The position numbers and the translations under genes were made by a program. Below, piece after piece: positions 11,928-25,845 of a DNA stretch of 64,000 nt; the stretch's first letter is position 1, and the number at the start of each line of letters is the position of its first letter. Below the pieces are notes generated by a model that searched no databases, was not told where the DNA came from, and saw only the letters and a list, made by a program, of their open reading frames with translations. This DNA is from Psammoneis japonica (lineage: Eukaryota), in assembly GCA_008632985.1 (NCBI GenBank), contig QPGO01000044.1, positions 124,001 through 188,000 on the forward strand. Direction: 5' to 3'.

Positions 11928-13644
11928 TGTGGAGCAACGGTTGTCTTTTTCCCCTCTTTGTGTTTTTTTTGCTTGCCTGAAAAGGGTGCTTCCCCTGCAT
12001 TTTTTATTTGGCTGCACATCTGCACTCAAATTTAAACACACCCTCCATCCTAAAATGAGAACCATTTTTCTGCATGATTTCTGCATGGCTCATGTACAAG
12101 GAAAATGTGCTTTCACCGACCTCTTGAGTCGTTGACCGTGATGACCATGATGCGGCATGTTCGGGTTGATTTCCGAGTCTCACAGAGTGAAAATCACCGA
12201 TGAGTCATGTGATGCAACCATGACAGCGAATGTGTGTCATCAGATGCAGTGCATCCCATGCTGAAGGCGTGTTTTGCTGCCAATTCATTGACCAGCCATC
12301 TCAACAATCAATCATGAACTCACCGCTTGTGTTGAAAGGAAGGAGCCTGTTCTTTTTTGTCATTGTTGGTTGTTGTTTCATGGTGACCATGTGTGCTTCA
12401 TAAAAGGTGGAATGAGCATCAACGCCATCACATTTCATTGTCACGGTGGGGTTGAGTTGTTTGGCAGCTCTTGATGATGCATGCAGCACAGTCTTGTGCA
12501 GAGAATCCATGGACTCCTCGTCATGCTGCTTTCGCAGTTCTGCACTGATTCACAAAAAACACAGGGGATTGGATCTGCAGATCACAAGTGGAAGGGACAA
12601 ATGCCCTGCACACAATTGGTTGGACAAGTGCTGCAAACAGAACATTGTGAGTGGTGGGGAGGATGGGTTGTTGAGGGGGAAAACAGAAAAAAGGTGAAAA
12701 TTTTGCTGAGTGATTGACACCCATCATGAAGACGGAAATGCAGCACTTTTGGCGGAAATGCACACACAATGTGAAAATGAACATGTTTCAGTTGGAACAA
12801 AATGCAAACATTCAGAGACACCAGAGCAATGCTGCCATGTTGCTTGGCATGTTGGCATTCAAGTCAACAAGTGCACATTGAATGAATGCATCCAGGAGCA
12901 ACAAGCACAAAATGTGCCAATCAGGATGGCAAAAACAAATGAAAATGTTGCACTCCCAACAAGTGAATGTTGATTTCAATCTGCAGGGGGGTTGACCAAT
13001 GTTTGCACACGTGCACACACCATGAGATGGTGGGGTTTTATGACCTGTGACTCATGGCCTTTTCTGCGGGTCTCTGATGTTGTTCGGTGGATGACAAGGC
13101 CATTCAAATTGCCAGGGATTGTTGCCAATGACGTCACATCACAAAAACTCTCTCCACTGACTGGGACCTTGTGCACAAAAGTTTTCACTCCATGTGGCAA
13201 ATTTGTGAAGCACCAGACAATGATCAGACCGGTGCCAAGGTTGCTGTCCACTGGGTCATCAGAGCGCACATTGTGGTGATCAACACCTCCCTTCTCACAA
13301 AGATGTTCATTCCTTTCATTGTCAAAATTGTCACAGTTTCAAACCTCATTGGTTGTGTGGCTGGCAACAATTGTTTGTCTGTCAAAGTTGAGCAAGTTTG
13401 CTGTGGAGCCCTCTTCTTAACTGCAAGAAATCAACATCAACTGTCAAGCATCCTCCCTTTTCCCTGTCAGTGTGCATGTGTTCTTTTGCTGTAGAAGCTG
13501 ACAATCAATTTCATTTGTTCATCTGATGTTGCACATTGATTTCCACATTTAACGTGACATGTGCAATGAATTTGTGCCACTTTCCTCAATGAACAATGTG
13601 TTGTTGCTTTTCCTTTTTCACATGGATTGTCAATTGATGCTGAG

Positions 13645-14379
13645 TCAATGCTGTGGCACTGGCCACATTGCATTTTTAACTGGCCTGCACTGGAGTTGCT
13701 CTTTGGTCACCTTTGTTGTTGTCTTCTTTGCTCTCTTTGTCTTCCTCCTCATCTTTTCTGTTGCCAGGTTTGTCATCTGTTTTGTCTTCCTCCTCCTCAT
13801 TGTTGCAGAAAGCTCCATCATTGCTTGTGTTCTCGTCTCTGTCTCCACTGGTTTTTTGTTGGTTCTGCCCTTTTTCCTTTGCCTTTGCTCTCCCTTTTCT
13901 TTCCATTGGGTGTGCCATGTGTTGAACTGCACACACGGCTTACTTGCCCTGTCCTCCTTCACCTCCCCAAGCAGGGAATTGAATTGCTTTGTTCCTTCAT
14001 CCTTCCAAGAGTCACGCTGTCTTGTTGGGTCTGCGTGCAAGGTCACTGGTTTTGTTTCCTCCTCCTCCTCTTTGCTCCCTTTGTCCTTGCCTTCTTGCAT
14101 TGCCTTGTGCTCCCAAACTTTCCAGCAGTTTTCCAACATCAACAGTGCCAGCGACTCATTGCTTGCTGCAGCTGGCTCTGCAGCCTTGGTGCTGCCAGAC
14201 TCCACTGTCCTTCTCCACATTGCAGTGCTCTTCATGAATTTTAGAATGTTGTCATAGAACCATGTGCATGCCTCCTTGTTTGTTTGCTTCTTGACGGGTT
14301 CCAGTCCGAGGCGGGACTCCATGTGACATTTCGCCCACAGAATTCCACGTGCAAGCTTTGCAGCAAATTTGTCAAGCAA
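13645..14379 (-). pseudogene. Decayed transposon accessory ORF
   Basis: SNESLALLMLENCWKVW...SWKDEGTKQFNSL resembles the SDEAFALL.LEN.W...GWS.EG...FN.L motif I associate with ORFs beside Plavaka-type transposases (recall, unverified). Confidence 0.45.
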
Positions 14380-15504
14380 TGAAAATGTGAATGATTGCCA
14401 ACAGAAAAATGGGCAATTTTACAAATGCATCTCCTCCTTCACACTTGGAGCCTGTCATCAACAGTTTGCCCAGGTGTGTTCTGCAGACATCAAAGAACAC
14501 ACCCGGCACATTTTCATTCTCACAAATGTTGAAAAAATGGAAAGCCTTTGGCTTTACAAAACTGGGAGCATGAAACAATTTCGTGGAATGTCACATGCAG
14601 AAATGTGTGTGCGTGACATGTGACGCGATCCAAAAAACTGTTGATGTCACAGTTCAGCAGTGCAAGGTCCCACCTGGAGCTGGAGTGTGTCTTCACACAC
14701 AATGGTTTCCACTGTCTCATCCTCCCAAGTTGCCAGGAACTGTTCTTCAATGTCTGCTTTGGCCTTTTTGCACTTCTTGGGTTTTTGGCTTTCTTTGTGG
14801 GTTTCTTCCTCCTGTGGATTTCCTTGGCTTTTTCCACTGTCATCATGGCTGCAGCTGTGGGTGCAGGGATGCCACATAAATCCCATTGAGACAAATTTTC
14901 TTGGATCAAAACGAGAGTTGCCTTGGTTGATGGAGGGTGTCACGGCGGTCTTAAAATGGGGGGCAACTTTTTCATTTGCCGTGTGTTTGTCGATGACGAG
15001 ATCAATGAAGTGACTGCCATTTTCCCGTGCTTTGCCATGTGATCACGACTGAAAATGTTTTGATTTTTCAAAAATCCTGCCATCACTCATTTGCAGCTTT
15101 GGAATGTTGCTGCAAATTTTGTCATGCCAACACTGGCCAATGACAAAAGCAGAGGCTCTCGCGTCTCTGACAATGTGTCTGCCAAGTTGCCTGACTCTGC
15201 AGTTGGAAAGAACGTGAAGTGGCACTTTTGTTGCTTTTGTCAGAGGTTCCGGCAAATCCGTTGAAACTGCATTGCAGGCCAGGCCAGTTTGGAAGGTGCG
15301 CACACATTGGGTGCATTTGAACATGTTGTTGTGAAGCAACAAAAGGCCAATGTGTCAACAGAAATTGGAAATTTATTTGAAGAAAGGAATGTCCACATAA
15401 TTTAAATTGCACCAAGCACCTGAGTGTGCATGTTAAACTGTCATTGCGCGTTCATCATGTGAAAAATGTTCATCATTGCAGACAAATTTGTGGGAAGTAA
15501 AGCG

Positions 15505-15610
15505 CTGAAACTGTCACATGGTTTCAATGGAAATCCGTTGAAACTAAAAATGTTGAAACTGCACAGTTTCAATGGATTTCTGTTGAAACTGGAAATCCAT
15601 TGAAACTGAA
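15505..15610. repeat. Cluster of short palindromic GTTTCAAYGG(A)AATCCGTTGAAAC units
   Basis: gtttcaatggaaatccgttgaaac at 15521, gtttcaatggatttctgttgaaac at 15566, plus TTGAAACT half-sites. Confidence 0.8.
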
Positions 15611-15990
15611 AAATGTCAAAGGGTGCAAACCCCTTTATTTTCATCTTGATTTCAATCCTCATTTGATTGTTTTCAGATTTTTAAGATCGACACAAGACAA
15701 TTCTGAGCTCACCACACAAACAGTGCAACAATGGCCAAAATGTTGTTCTTTCAATGCCATGGAGGAGGGTTCTTGAGTGTCTTTTTTGATGTCATGGCTC
15801 AAGATGCAAAAGACTGTCATTTTGTGAAGAAAGACACTGGCCACCCTTCTACATTCTTGAGATCGAACAGCTTTTTGGCCATCATCATGTTGTTTGCACA
15901 CTGAGTGCAGAACGTGGTGTGATGTTTTTTCCAGAATCACGTCACAAATGATTAAAACCTCAGTTGATTTTTGATGCTTTTTACAAACAC

Positions 15991-16093
15991 AGTTTCAACA
16001 AAGGTCCGTTGAAACTAAAACGTTGAAACCATGTGGTTTCAACAGAAATCCGTTGAAACTAAATCCATCGAAACCAAAAACATTGAAGCTAAA
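15991..16093. repeat. Second cluster of the same palindromic units
   Basis: agtttcaacaaaggtccgttgaaact at 15991, gtttcaacagaaatccgttgaaac at ~16036, plus half-sites. Confidence 0.8.
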
Positions 16094-18407
16094 TGTTTGC
16101 TGGCAAAGAAAGTGCAACAAGCATGATGATGAGCAAATGACATCCACATTGATGGCAAATAATTGCATCATGGCAAAAACTTTGCACTTTCAATGGATTT
16201 GCCGGAACCTCCCACACTTCACCATGCAATCACGACTGAAAATCCTTGATGACTGTTTGCAGTTTTGGAATGTCATTGCAGCCATCATGACACCAAAAGT
16301 GACCAATGTCAGTTGTAGAATCTCTCACGTCTCTGACAATGTGTCTGCCACCACAGCTGCAGCTCCGGTTGCAGAGAATGATCAACAGCATCTTCTTGCT
16401 TTTCCCGCACTTTGCCATGTAAAAACCTGCCATTTCAAATTGCACGCCCATTTCACGGTGATGCTGAGGCAGGTCGCAGGTCCCATTTTCCAACTGCATT
16501 CTCAACTCTACATTTTTTGTCCTTTCTGCCACACTGCCTGGAGCAACAGTCTGATTCTTCCCATTTGTCCTCTTCAATTTCAAAGTCTGAATCCTCATCA
16601 TTGTCACTCTCCTCGACATCCGTTGTTGCTTTTTCCTTGCTTGTGTGGGGGCGCTGTGTCAGTGTGGGCTGCAGACTGTTGTGAGCAACACTGCGCATTT
16701 TAAAAGTGAGAACAGATGGCATGCTTGGCATCAAAGCAAGTTTTGACCTGGTCTTTTAATGACAGCTTTTGGAACCACACATTGCAGTTTTGGTTTCATC
16801 GCCATGATGCCGTCCACATTCCTCCAATGCCAGCAAAAGGTGGCATGCACTGATGCCACTTCCACAAGAGCATGCCATTTGCATCTTGGCAGCAATGTCA
16901 ACCACAGCACAGTTTTAAAAAAATGTCCAGAAGCTCTTGTGTTGGTTTCAGTTTCAACCAATTGTCCGCGTGGATCCAATGTGAGTGATTCCTTCTCATC
17001 TGCAACTTGCAACATCACCTTCATGCCCATTGCGCAAACAGGATCTCATGCTTGAGGCAATGGATTGGAGCCACCAAACAGCTCCAAGTCTTTTGTGCTC
17101 ATGGCTCTTGTTGGTTCTGTCTCATGTGGTCCGCCCGCCTTGACCCACTCTTCCAAACTGCCCTGCACTAAAAATGAAATGACGCATCGTGACTCATGGA
17201 CTGGAGTGGACCCTCCTTGCCACAAACAACAATCTGTGTGGTTCACAGACGTCGATGAAGAGCCAAGGTGAGTGCGAGACAGACGAGGCACTTTTTCTTG
17301 TGGGAGGAACAACTTGCATGGTCTGAATTGGTGCTTTGAAGCTCAGAAGGCTGATTTGGTTGTTGCTTGGCAAAGGCTGTGGTGGGAGATGGAAGCTTGG
17401 GCTTGTGTGTTGTGACTGCACGTTGAGTCTTGTGAATTGTGATGGTGACACTTTTCTTTTTGTCATGACGTTGACGACCACCATGGTCCATTTGGGCAGA
17501 GAGGTGGATTTTTCTAAAAAAACAGCACCTGCATGATTTCTGCAGTGTCCCCACCCATGGCAGCAAAACGAGAATCTTGTTGGCAGCACCACACCCAATC
17601 TCGTTTTGGAAATGCATCCCGCAGCACTTGCCGCTGATTGCACTCTTCATTGTTGTCTGACACACGGTGTTTCTTTTTGTGTTGATTGCATTGATGGAGG
17701 ATGCACTTCTTCACCCAGTCCTCCCATGATCCTGCCCACTCGCGTGCACTGAATTTGCCATCGGCCATGTTTTTTCATGTTGGCTGTGACACCTTGCCAC
17801 CACTCACCATGTCTGCCTTCATGAGGGGTTGCGTTTTTGGGAACAGCTCTCTCCGTGCCACCTCTTCCACCTCTCTCTTCAGCGATTGGTGATCACCAGC
17901 AGCTCCTGCCCATTGCAATGCCACTGTTGGCCTTGGGCTGTTTGGCAGTGCCTCTGCCACTGCCCTCTCCTTCGCAGCCTTCTTCCTTGCCATTGCCTTT
18001 GACTCAACAAAGTGTTGTGTTGAGTGCTTGCCCTTGTTGCAATCTTGTTTTGCAGCAGGTCATCACAGGAAGACTGCAGTTGCAAAAATTTCAAACCCTC
18101 TCTCTTGACACTCAAAATGTGATGCTCCTTCCAATGATTCTGCACTTTGACCAGCATTGCTTTCGAAAACAATCACAATCAAAAATGTGTGAGTTTCCCA
18201 TTAAAAACAACATCCTTGGTTGTGTTTGCACCAATTTCAGCCATCAAATGTTCAGTTCAAACAGCACTTGTGAATGTCAATGATGACAAATTTGATGTTT
18301 GGGTTTGTCATTGACTTTCAAACTTGCAACCATTGCAGACACACACATGATCATCAACACCCACAAAAGCTTTGACTTTTGGCATGAACTGTTGTGCATC
18401 AAGCCCT

Positions 18408-19340
18408 TCACTCTAAGCTTTGATCGCAACTTGGCGCCGTGCTCAATCTCTGATCCAATTCTTCCATGACATCTTCCACCAAATGGGCAATGACAAAATC
18501 ACTCTGCCTTCCATCACAAGAGTGATCAGTCATCCAATCAAACACATTTGTCACCTCACAAACACAACCAACAAAACGCTCAATGTGTTCATGATGGATC
18601 TTTTCTTTCTTCTCTTTCTGCTCACATCTGTGTCGTTGTCTCTCCATCTTGTCTTCACAGTCACACTTGCAATCGCCACCCAGGTTCACTCTCTTGATGA
18701 TCTCCAATGTCCAACCATTAACTGTCCTTGGTGTCAATTCAAAGAATTTCAATTTGTCACACTGCCACAGCCTGCAGGGTGTGTCATGTGTGATTTGGCA
18801 CTCAAACAAATTTGCCAGCTTCCCAGCATCAAATGCGATGCCTTTCTTGTCCATGACCAGCAAGCACACACCTTCCAAACCATTGCCCAATGACCATGGT
18901 CCGCACCTCCCATTTTGGTCCATTCCACAGGTGGGCAAGCTGGCAGTGGATGTCTCTCTCAATGCATCAACATCTTGCTTGTCCATGGCTGGATGCAGCT
19001 CGCCTCCCCTGGATCCAGCAGCTAAAAGATCTAGCATCTCATTCTTGCAACCGCAGTGCATCCAACTGTTTGCACAAAACAGCTCTCCTTGCCTGTCTGG
19101 GTGTGTTGCCATCAAGTTCCAATGCTGCCTGGATCTGCACACATTCCTTGCATGCTCAACAATCACACCCGCATGCTCTTCCTTGTCACAAATGGAGAAC
19201 ATGGCCTGGGTGGCATGCACATGCTCACACACTTCTTCACTCCATTCCTGCATGTCCTCATGCACCATGCTCACAGTCCGGCATTTGTTTCCCACAGTTC
19301 CTTCCACACTCCCTTGCAGTTTTCCCACAGCACCTTCCAA
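18408..19340 (-). pseudogene. Possible Ulp1/C48-like cysteine protease ORF of a DNA transposon, mutated
   Basis: 310-aa ORF with no Tyr. QHWNLMATHP....LFCANS and DQNGRCG resemble the HW.L...Y.DS and Q.NG.DCG catalytic motifs. Confidence 0.4.
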
Positions 19341-21299
19341 ATTCCCTCAATGGATGGCATGTCATTGCCAAAGTCCCTCATCATGAGAACAGTGTGTGAT
19401 CCAATTGGACAAAACATGTCAAGGCAGTTGCGTCACAGGTGTGGGTCACCTGAGTGATCCTTCCCCTCCGTGCCTGATCAGCAACCTGGCTCTTCTTCTG
19501 CTGCACAATGGCCCACCTCTGTCATTTCTTCTCTTCTCTCTTGTTTCAAACCAGCTGGCTTTTCAAATCTCTTCCAGTGGTCATCAGGCCATCACACTGG
19601 CAACAACTTGTTTGGGACAACCAACTTCATGGTTCACTTCAGGTCATTTGTCAAATTGTTGCACCGCAGCTGTTGTTGTCGATGCACTGAACCCACCACA
19701 CCAATGGATGTGGCAGAGCAAACATTGTTTTCTTGCACGTGCCACTGTTCAGCAAGAAATGGAATTGACAGTGAGTGGCAACCAGATCGCTTGCTGAAGA
19801 CCCATTTGAAACTTGCTTTTTCCTTTCCGTTGATGATTTTAACTTTGTCATCAATCATTCATTCTGAAATTGTTCAATGACCCCAATGCGTGCATTTGAC
19901 AGGCAACTGCAAAAGCATTCATTGGTGCAAAGAAACCAATGTGCACATTGTTTGCGCACCATTTTGTGTCTTGTTTTCCTGTTGCCCATCACCACACACA
20001 CCCTGCACATGACCAAACCCAACCAGGAACGGTCTCTGCCTTTGTCTTTGGCAATCCACAACTCATTCTTGCTGCAAAAGCTGCATGATGGATGCACTTG
20101 AGTCCAACAAAGTGGGTCAAGATGCAATTGCCTGTCCTTGTTGCAAACGTTAATTCCAGCGCATGCTCAGCCAGCCACTTGAGGATGGATCGTCCAGATG
20201 AGGCATTTTTTAACCAGCTTGTGATTTTGCAATGTCCCCGTGCTTCGCCCATGTTATTTTGCGATGCCTCTGAGCACCCCCAAACACTTGTGTGAGTGTG
20301 TCCAGCCCCCATCAGGGCTGTCAGACCCATGTGTGAACTGCACATTTTAACCTTAAAACGCCAATTGTCAGATTCGGTGCAGTTGTTGCATTTGACAAAC
20401 CGCCATTTTTTGCCAAAATCACACTGCTCATGGGAGATGAGCCATGACTTTCCAGGAAATGCTGACAATTGGTGTTTGACTGGCTGTGCATGTCTGCAGT
20501 CATCAAGCTGAAGATCACGCATGGTCACAACCATCGCCAACACCTTCCATGATGTCTTTCAAAGGGACGAAGTTCAACCCATTGCTGAAAATGTTTTGTT
20601 GGCGAGCGCGCGCACCCAGCACGAGAAATCCGGGTTTTAAAAAAAAATGCAAGCTCGCGCGTGAACAGACCTCATCTGGACGATCCATCCTTAAATTGCA
20701 GTCCACCACAATGCCTTTCTGTTGCTCATGAAATGGCACCCCTGTGCAAGGGCTGCCATGGGATGCAGGTGGGTGTGGTGTGTGATGACATCACCACATG
20801 CGTTGAGTTGCACACACTCACATTCACGCCAATGATTGCACGTCGCCAAGCAACGACTCCCACCCAGGATTTTCCCTGACACTGTGAGCATGGCCAATTT
20901 TGTTAAATTGCACCACACAAATTTTGGATGATGACTAAATTGCATTGCCATGCCATCACATCCATGCTCTTCCCTTGCACAGGGTTGATGAAATGGCAAA
21001 CTTGTCAGGTCAAGATGTGTTGGGACCTTCCTTGTTTCCCAATGATTGTGTCAAAGTGGTCAGTCACAGCAGCACCTCTGGGAATGCAAATGTTCAGCAC
21101 ACAGATTCAAGGGAATTTGATTTGTCGTCATTGTCAAACAGCACCTCTGCACATGGATTGGGGCAATTTCGCAACAAGGAGCCTCTGTTGCCAACGTCTG
21201 TCTGAGCAGCTCTGCTGGGGCATCGGAACAACAAAGTGATGCACCGTGGTCACCAGCATTCAAAGACAACATTTCCTCTCTCTCCTCATCCACCCGTGG

Positions 21300-24211
21300 C
21301 AAAGAGGAGAACAGTTTCATGTCCCTGGAGATGCTGTTGGAAGAAAGCAGTGATTCAGAAGCCAACTCTTTTGTTGCATTGCCTGACATTGCCATGGAAT
21401 CTTTTGCCGGTGCAGAGTTGGACAAATTGCCACCACCTCAAGGCGACGTGTCCCCTCCCTCTTGGATGACAGCAGATTGAGCAAGGCATGCCAACACCCT
21501 GCCAAGGAGGTTGCCCTTGCTGGTTTGCCATTGTGGAGCAACCTGAGCAGGGCCTGTGTGGAGCTGTGCAAGCTGACAGATGACTGCAGAGTGCCGCTCC
21601 AGCTGCTGTGCAATGACATTGTTGGATTTGTTGAAAGGCATCGCGGCATCACATTCAAGCTGGGCACAAAAATGCCTTGCAACAGTGAAATGATGGACAC
21701 CATTTCCTGGACCAGAATGAGAGATGATCCCGGTCAACCCAGAAAATGCCAGTGGGGAACTTGGTGAGAAAACGGTGATGGCACCATGATGGAACTTCAA
21801 AGAAGTGCAGCAATCACACATGTCAGACACTCACACATGGGCAGACAAAAGCAATCTTGTGGACCCAAATCATCCTTTTGGCATGTGCATTGCCAAGGGA
21901 GTTGATGACAAATGTGTCTTGGCAGGAGAGTGGTGCAGGAGCATGCAGTTGGCTAGAATCAAGGATCCACTAAAACAGCTCCTGCTGGAATGTTTGACAG
22001 TTCATGTCAACAAGACGGGACAAACAGCTTCCATGGGATCTTCTTGCAGAGAACCTGTGACAGTGACCTCAGCGCATGTTGCCTTCAAACAGTGGCACAA
22101 CAAGGCCAAGTGGAGAGTTCTTGGGCACACTCCTGGCCTTGAAAAATGCCATCTTCTGCAGCCAAACAGCAGTCGAACACACAAAAGTTGGAAAAAAGGG
22201 GCAAAGTCTCCGTGACTGCCACAAGGTTTTTTGAAAACCATGCTTCAGCTGCTGCTGGACACAATGGAACAGGGCAGTTTCAAGTGTTGTGTGCAATGAG
22301 GAGACAAGATCTGTTGCCTCCATGTGATTCCAACCACAATCCCAACCAATGGGGGTGCAAAGAGTGGCGACTGCCTTGTGGGCTGGGGTGGTGCAAAGAA
22401 TTGTTGCCAACGGTGTTCCCGTTTTTGCATGACAGGATGCAACGAGCTGGATGACCCTCAGAAGGGATGTGAGCTTGTCCGGGCTTGCAACTTGTTGTTT
22501 TTTTAGGGAGAGGCCAATGAGGAAAGTCTTGATGACAAAGAAAGGAATCACTGGGAGGAGCAGATGCCCTGCACTGCATGAAGCAACACAATGTTGCAAC
22601 CAATTGCTTGCTTGATGCAGACTTTGGAGAGCAACCATTTGGGGGCACACTTTCCATGGCCGGCAACATGATGCACCTTTGTGAAAATGGAACTTTGAAA
22701 AGAAAGACAGGTGTGTTTGTAGACAGAATGACAAACTCTGTGAGAAGTGAGGCAGACAGACTCATGGAAAAGATGTTCGGCAACCATTGCTCCACTTGCA
22801 CAATTCCGCCTTTTTGCACACCAATTTCAAAGGCAGGGTGACATCACTGACATTCCCAAACTCTCATCACTGGGTGGGCATGGCCTTTGTCTTTCATCTG
22901 TTGCTGCTGATGAAGGATGGTTGCAAGGCATGCGTCTCTTGCTTTGGTGAGGAAGATGCAGACAATCCGTCATTTCTGGGTTGCCACATGCCAAAATGCC
23001 GAATGGATCATTTCCACATTCCAAAAGAACACAATCCTGACAACTGTGATCTGCCAGGTGAGTTAGAATCCGGTGACGAGGCGTCCAAGCCTCCGTGCAA
23101 TTCAAGCCATTCTGTGAACAACAACAGCACTGATTCTAAAGACAATGGAGAGAACAAGCACAGGAGCAGCAACAAAAAGAGACATCCACTTAGATGCAGC
23201 ATTTGCCAGCATGTCAAGCTGCTTGAAGATTTGCTTGCCTTCCATGCATGGCACAAGCTGGGAAGCCCGCCAAGGGACAGAAACGACCTGCACAAGATGT
23301 CCAAAAAGATTTGATTGCTCATTTCTCATGTGGTCCATTTCTCACCAAGGCACAAAGGAGCTGGGTGGAAACTGCAAAAACTGCATGAGCTGCTTTATTT
23401 GCCAACATTCCTGTGTTTCTTCTGGCATGCCATGAACTTTGACATGGGGCCAGGTGAATCACTGTGAAAGGACTTCTTTAAATTGCCATCAGCAACTGCT
23501 CAACAGCGCAGCTTTGATGTTTTCTTAAGTCAGGTGGTGTCTCACATGGAAGACCAAATGATGGTTCACCATGCCATTGCACTCAAGTGTGGTGCCCGAA
23601 ACAAGGCCATTTTGTTCCTGTGGATGGGGAAGCAAAAACAATGCCAGGTGCACCTGGTGCTCCTCAAGTTTGTAGGGAAAAAGTGGAAGGACTGTGTTGG
23701 TGACCTGGAGAACTCATCCAACATGATCCTGTGCAAAACTGAGCATTGCAACAAAAACAGAATTGACACTCACCACGCACATCCAGATTGCAACAGTGAA
23801 GGCCCCATTCATGACTGGGCAAAGGCAAACTTTGGGACTTGGTGCAGGGATTTGTTCTTCCCTTCATGGCTTCATCATTTCTTTCAACAAGACAGTGACG
23901 GTGAGTCATTTGCAATTGTTCATCCATGCACTCACCAGACGGACAAGTGCTCCATGGTAGAACACATGCAACACACCAACCTTGTCAGTCAGTGGCAATT
24001 GGACCAAGTGAAAAACTGCAAGTTGTCCACACTGGAGAAAGCTGTGTGTTCTCTCAAGCTTTTTTTGGCTCCCATTGATGCAGTCAGAGACAAGTTGTTG
24101 GTTTCTGAGGAGCAATCAGGCATTGCTGAGTCACACAACAAGACAAAGCACATTTGGGTGACTCAAGACAGGAGAAAAACATGGGCGGACAAGTTTCGCA
24201 GAAGTGCTTAA
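21300..24211 (+). mobile_element. Decayed Plavaka-like DNA transposase gene
   Basis: Ordered motifs across frames: HVNKT (YVDKT), EPV, WRVLGHTP, GAKSGD.LVG, SRFC, DFG..PFG, NMMHLCENG (D.MH...G), LLAFHAWHK, GWKLQKLHEL, NFD.GPGE, HAHPDCNSEGPIHDWA. Many frameshifts and stops. Confidence 0.75.
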
Positions 24212-25580
24212 AGACAAATTTGTTTCAGCTGTTGTGTTGTCATGCACAGGAGATTCCAATGTCAGTGATGATTCTGTTTCATCAGGGTGGAAACCCTGTT
24301 GTGATGCTCACCTGATTTAATGGCAAGGGACCACTCTGCCTTCAAACTGCAGCAATCTGGTGGACCAAAAAACAGGAAGGCCCTCTGCCTGCCTCCCAAC
24401 TTGCTGTTTTCCTTTTGAAGGAAAAGAACTTCATTGGTTGCATTGGATCAAATTTGTGCATCTCCTTGACAAACTTCAGGAGGACTGTGTCCCTTTCTGT
24501 CTTGGGAAGGGTTTCTCAAATTTCCTGTTCCGTCACTCCCAAATGCAGTTCTTCCTGATTGGATGGTTTTCCCAGCCACCCCCCCTGTCCTGCTCTCCAA
24601 TTTTGAGGGATGCCTGGCAAACCATCACTTCATCATGTGCCATCTCTTCAGTTGCACCAAGCACCAGTGCACATTCTTCTGTGTGCTCCAAGTTGCACAC
24701 AACATGGGTGAGGGACCACAGGTTGCACGGGACCATGATGCGGCACCTTTGCAGCTTCAGATGCAATGAAGCTTTCATCATCTCTTTCAGGTTCTCGCAG
24801 AAAAAGGGTTCTCCGAATGTCATCTGCTGCCACTCCCCTTGTTGCATCCAGCAGCAGTCCACACAAATTTGAGTGAAGCCACTTTTTCTAAAATTGATGT
24901 CATCTCTAAAACACGTTGTGCAAAATCCCGTGCAGATGCATTGCAATTGAGGTGGTGGCTGGCGCTTCCATCCCAAACAGTTCATGCCTCCACAGGTGCA
25001 TTGCTGAAAAGATTCTTGATCACTGTGCACCTGGCCTCATCTTGTTGTCGCTGCATGGAAGACACCAACTTGATGCCACAGTTTCAACAAAGTTCTTCCA
25101 AAGAAAGCTCACCTGCATTGACTGGCCTCATCATGGCCAGCCAAAGGACCTTGGCCCCATTGTCATCCCTTCCAATTGTTGAATGGGGTGGGAACACATC
25201 TTTGATTGGACAATTAAATGTGTGAAATTACCTCCGTCAATTTGCAAACCAATCACAACTCACCACAGCATTGCATCCCCACGCCACCATCAATGTCAAA
25301 ATTGTCCAGGCATGCAAGCATTGGACAAAGGACCAGTTCCTCTGAAGAAGCACTTGATTCTACATCATGATCAGAATTTGGTGAAGCAGACAAATTGACT
25401 GCATTGGGAAGGCTCGCTGCTGGTTGAATTGCCTCCATGTTCACAATCTGGACCGCAATGGGCGGGTCGGCACCCCCATTCTGGGAGAATTTAGCAGACA
25501 TGTTGTCTGCAGAAAACAGCTGACTCTGCAATGTTGGTCACTTTGTCACTTGCTGATGCACTTTCAGCAAACAAAAGGAC

Positions 25581-25845
25581 GTCATTGTCAGCCAGCTGTC
25601 CAGCAACAATGGACTCAGATTCCTCTGCAACAAGTGCAATTCATTGTCAGTGGTGACTGCACTGCCTGGCATCGAAAGGATGTCATTGTCAGCCGGCTGT
25701 CCAGCAACAACGGATTCAGATTCCTCTGACAACAAGTGCAATTCATTGTCAGTGGCGACCACACTGCCTGGCAGTGACAGCATGTTGTTGTTGGCCAGCT
25801 GTCCAGCAACAATGGACTCAGATTCTGCCAACAATGAGTGCAATT
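25581..25845. repeat. Tandem repeat, ~102-bp unit x2.6
   Basis: Units start at 25581, 25682 and ~25784. The minus strand reads as a 34-aa repeat ESESVVAGQ.A.N..LS.PGS.V.TDNELHLL. Confidence 0.85.

Noticed and set aside
15505..16093. CRISPR-like appearance (GTTTCAA...TTGAAAC repeats)
   Set aside because: No regular repeat-spacer period or unique spacers, no cas genes, and the context is eukaryotic.
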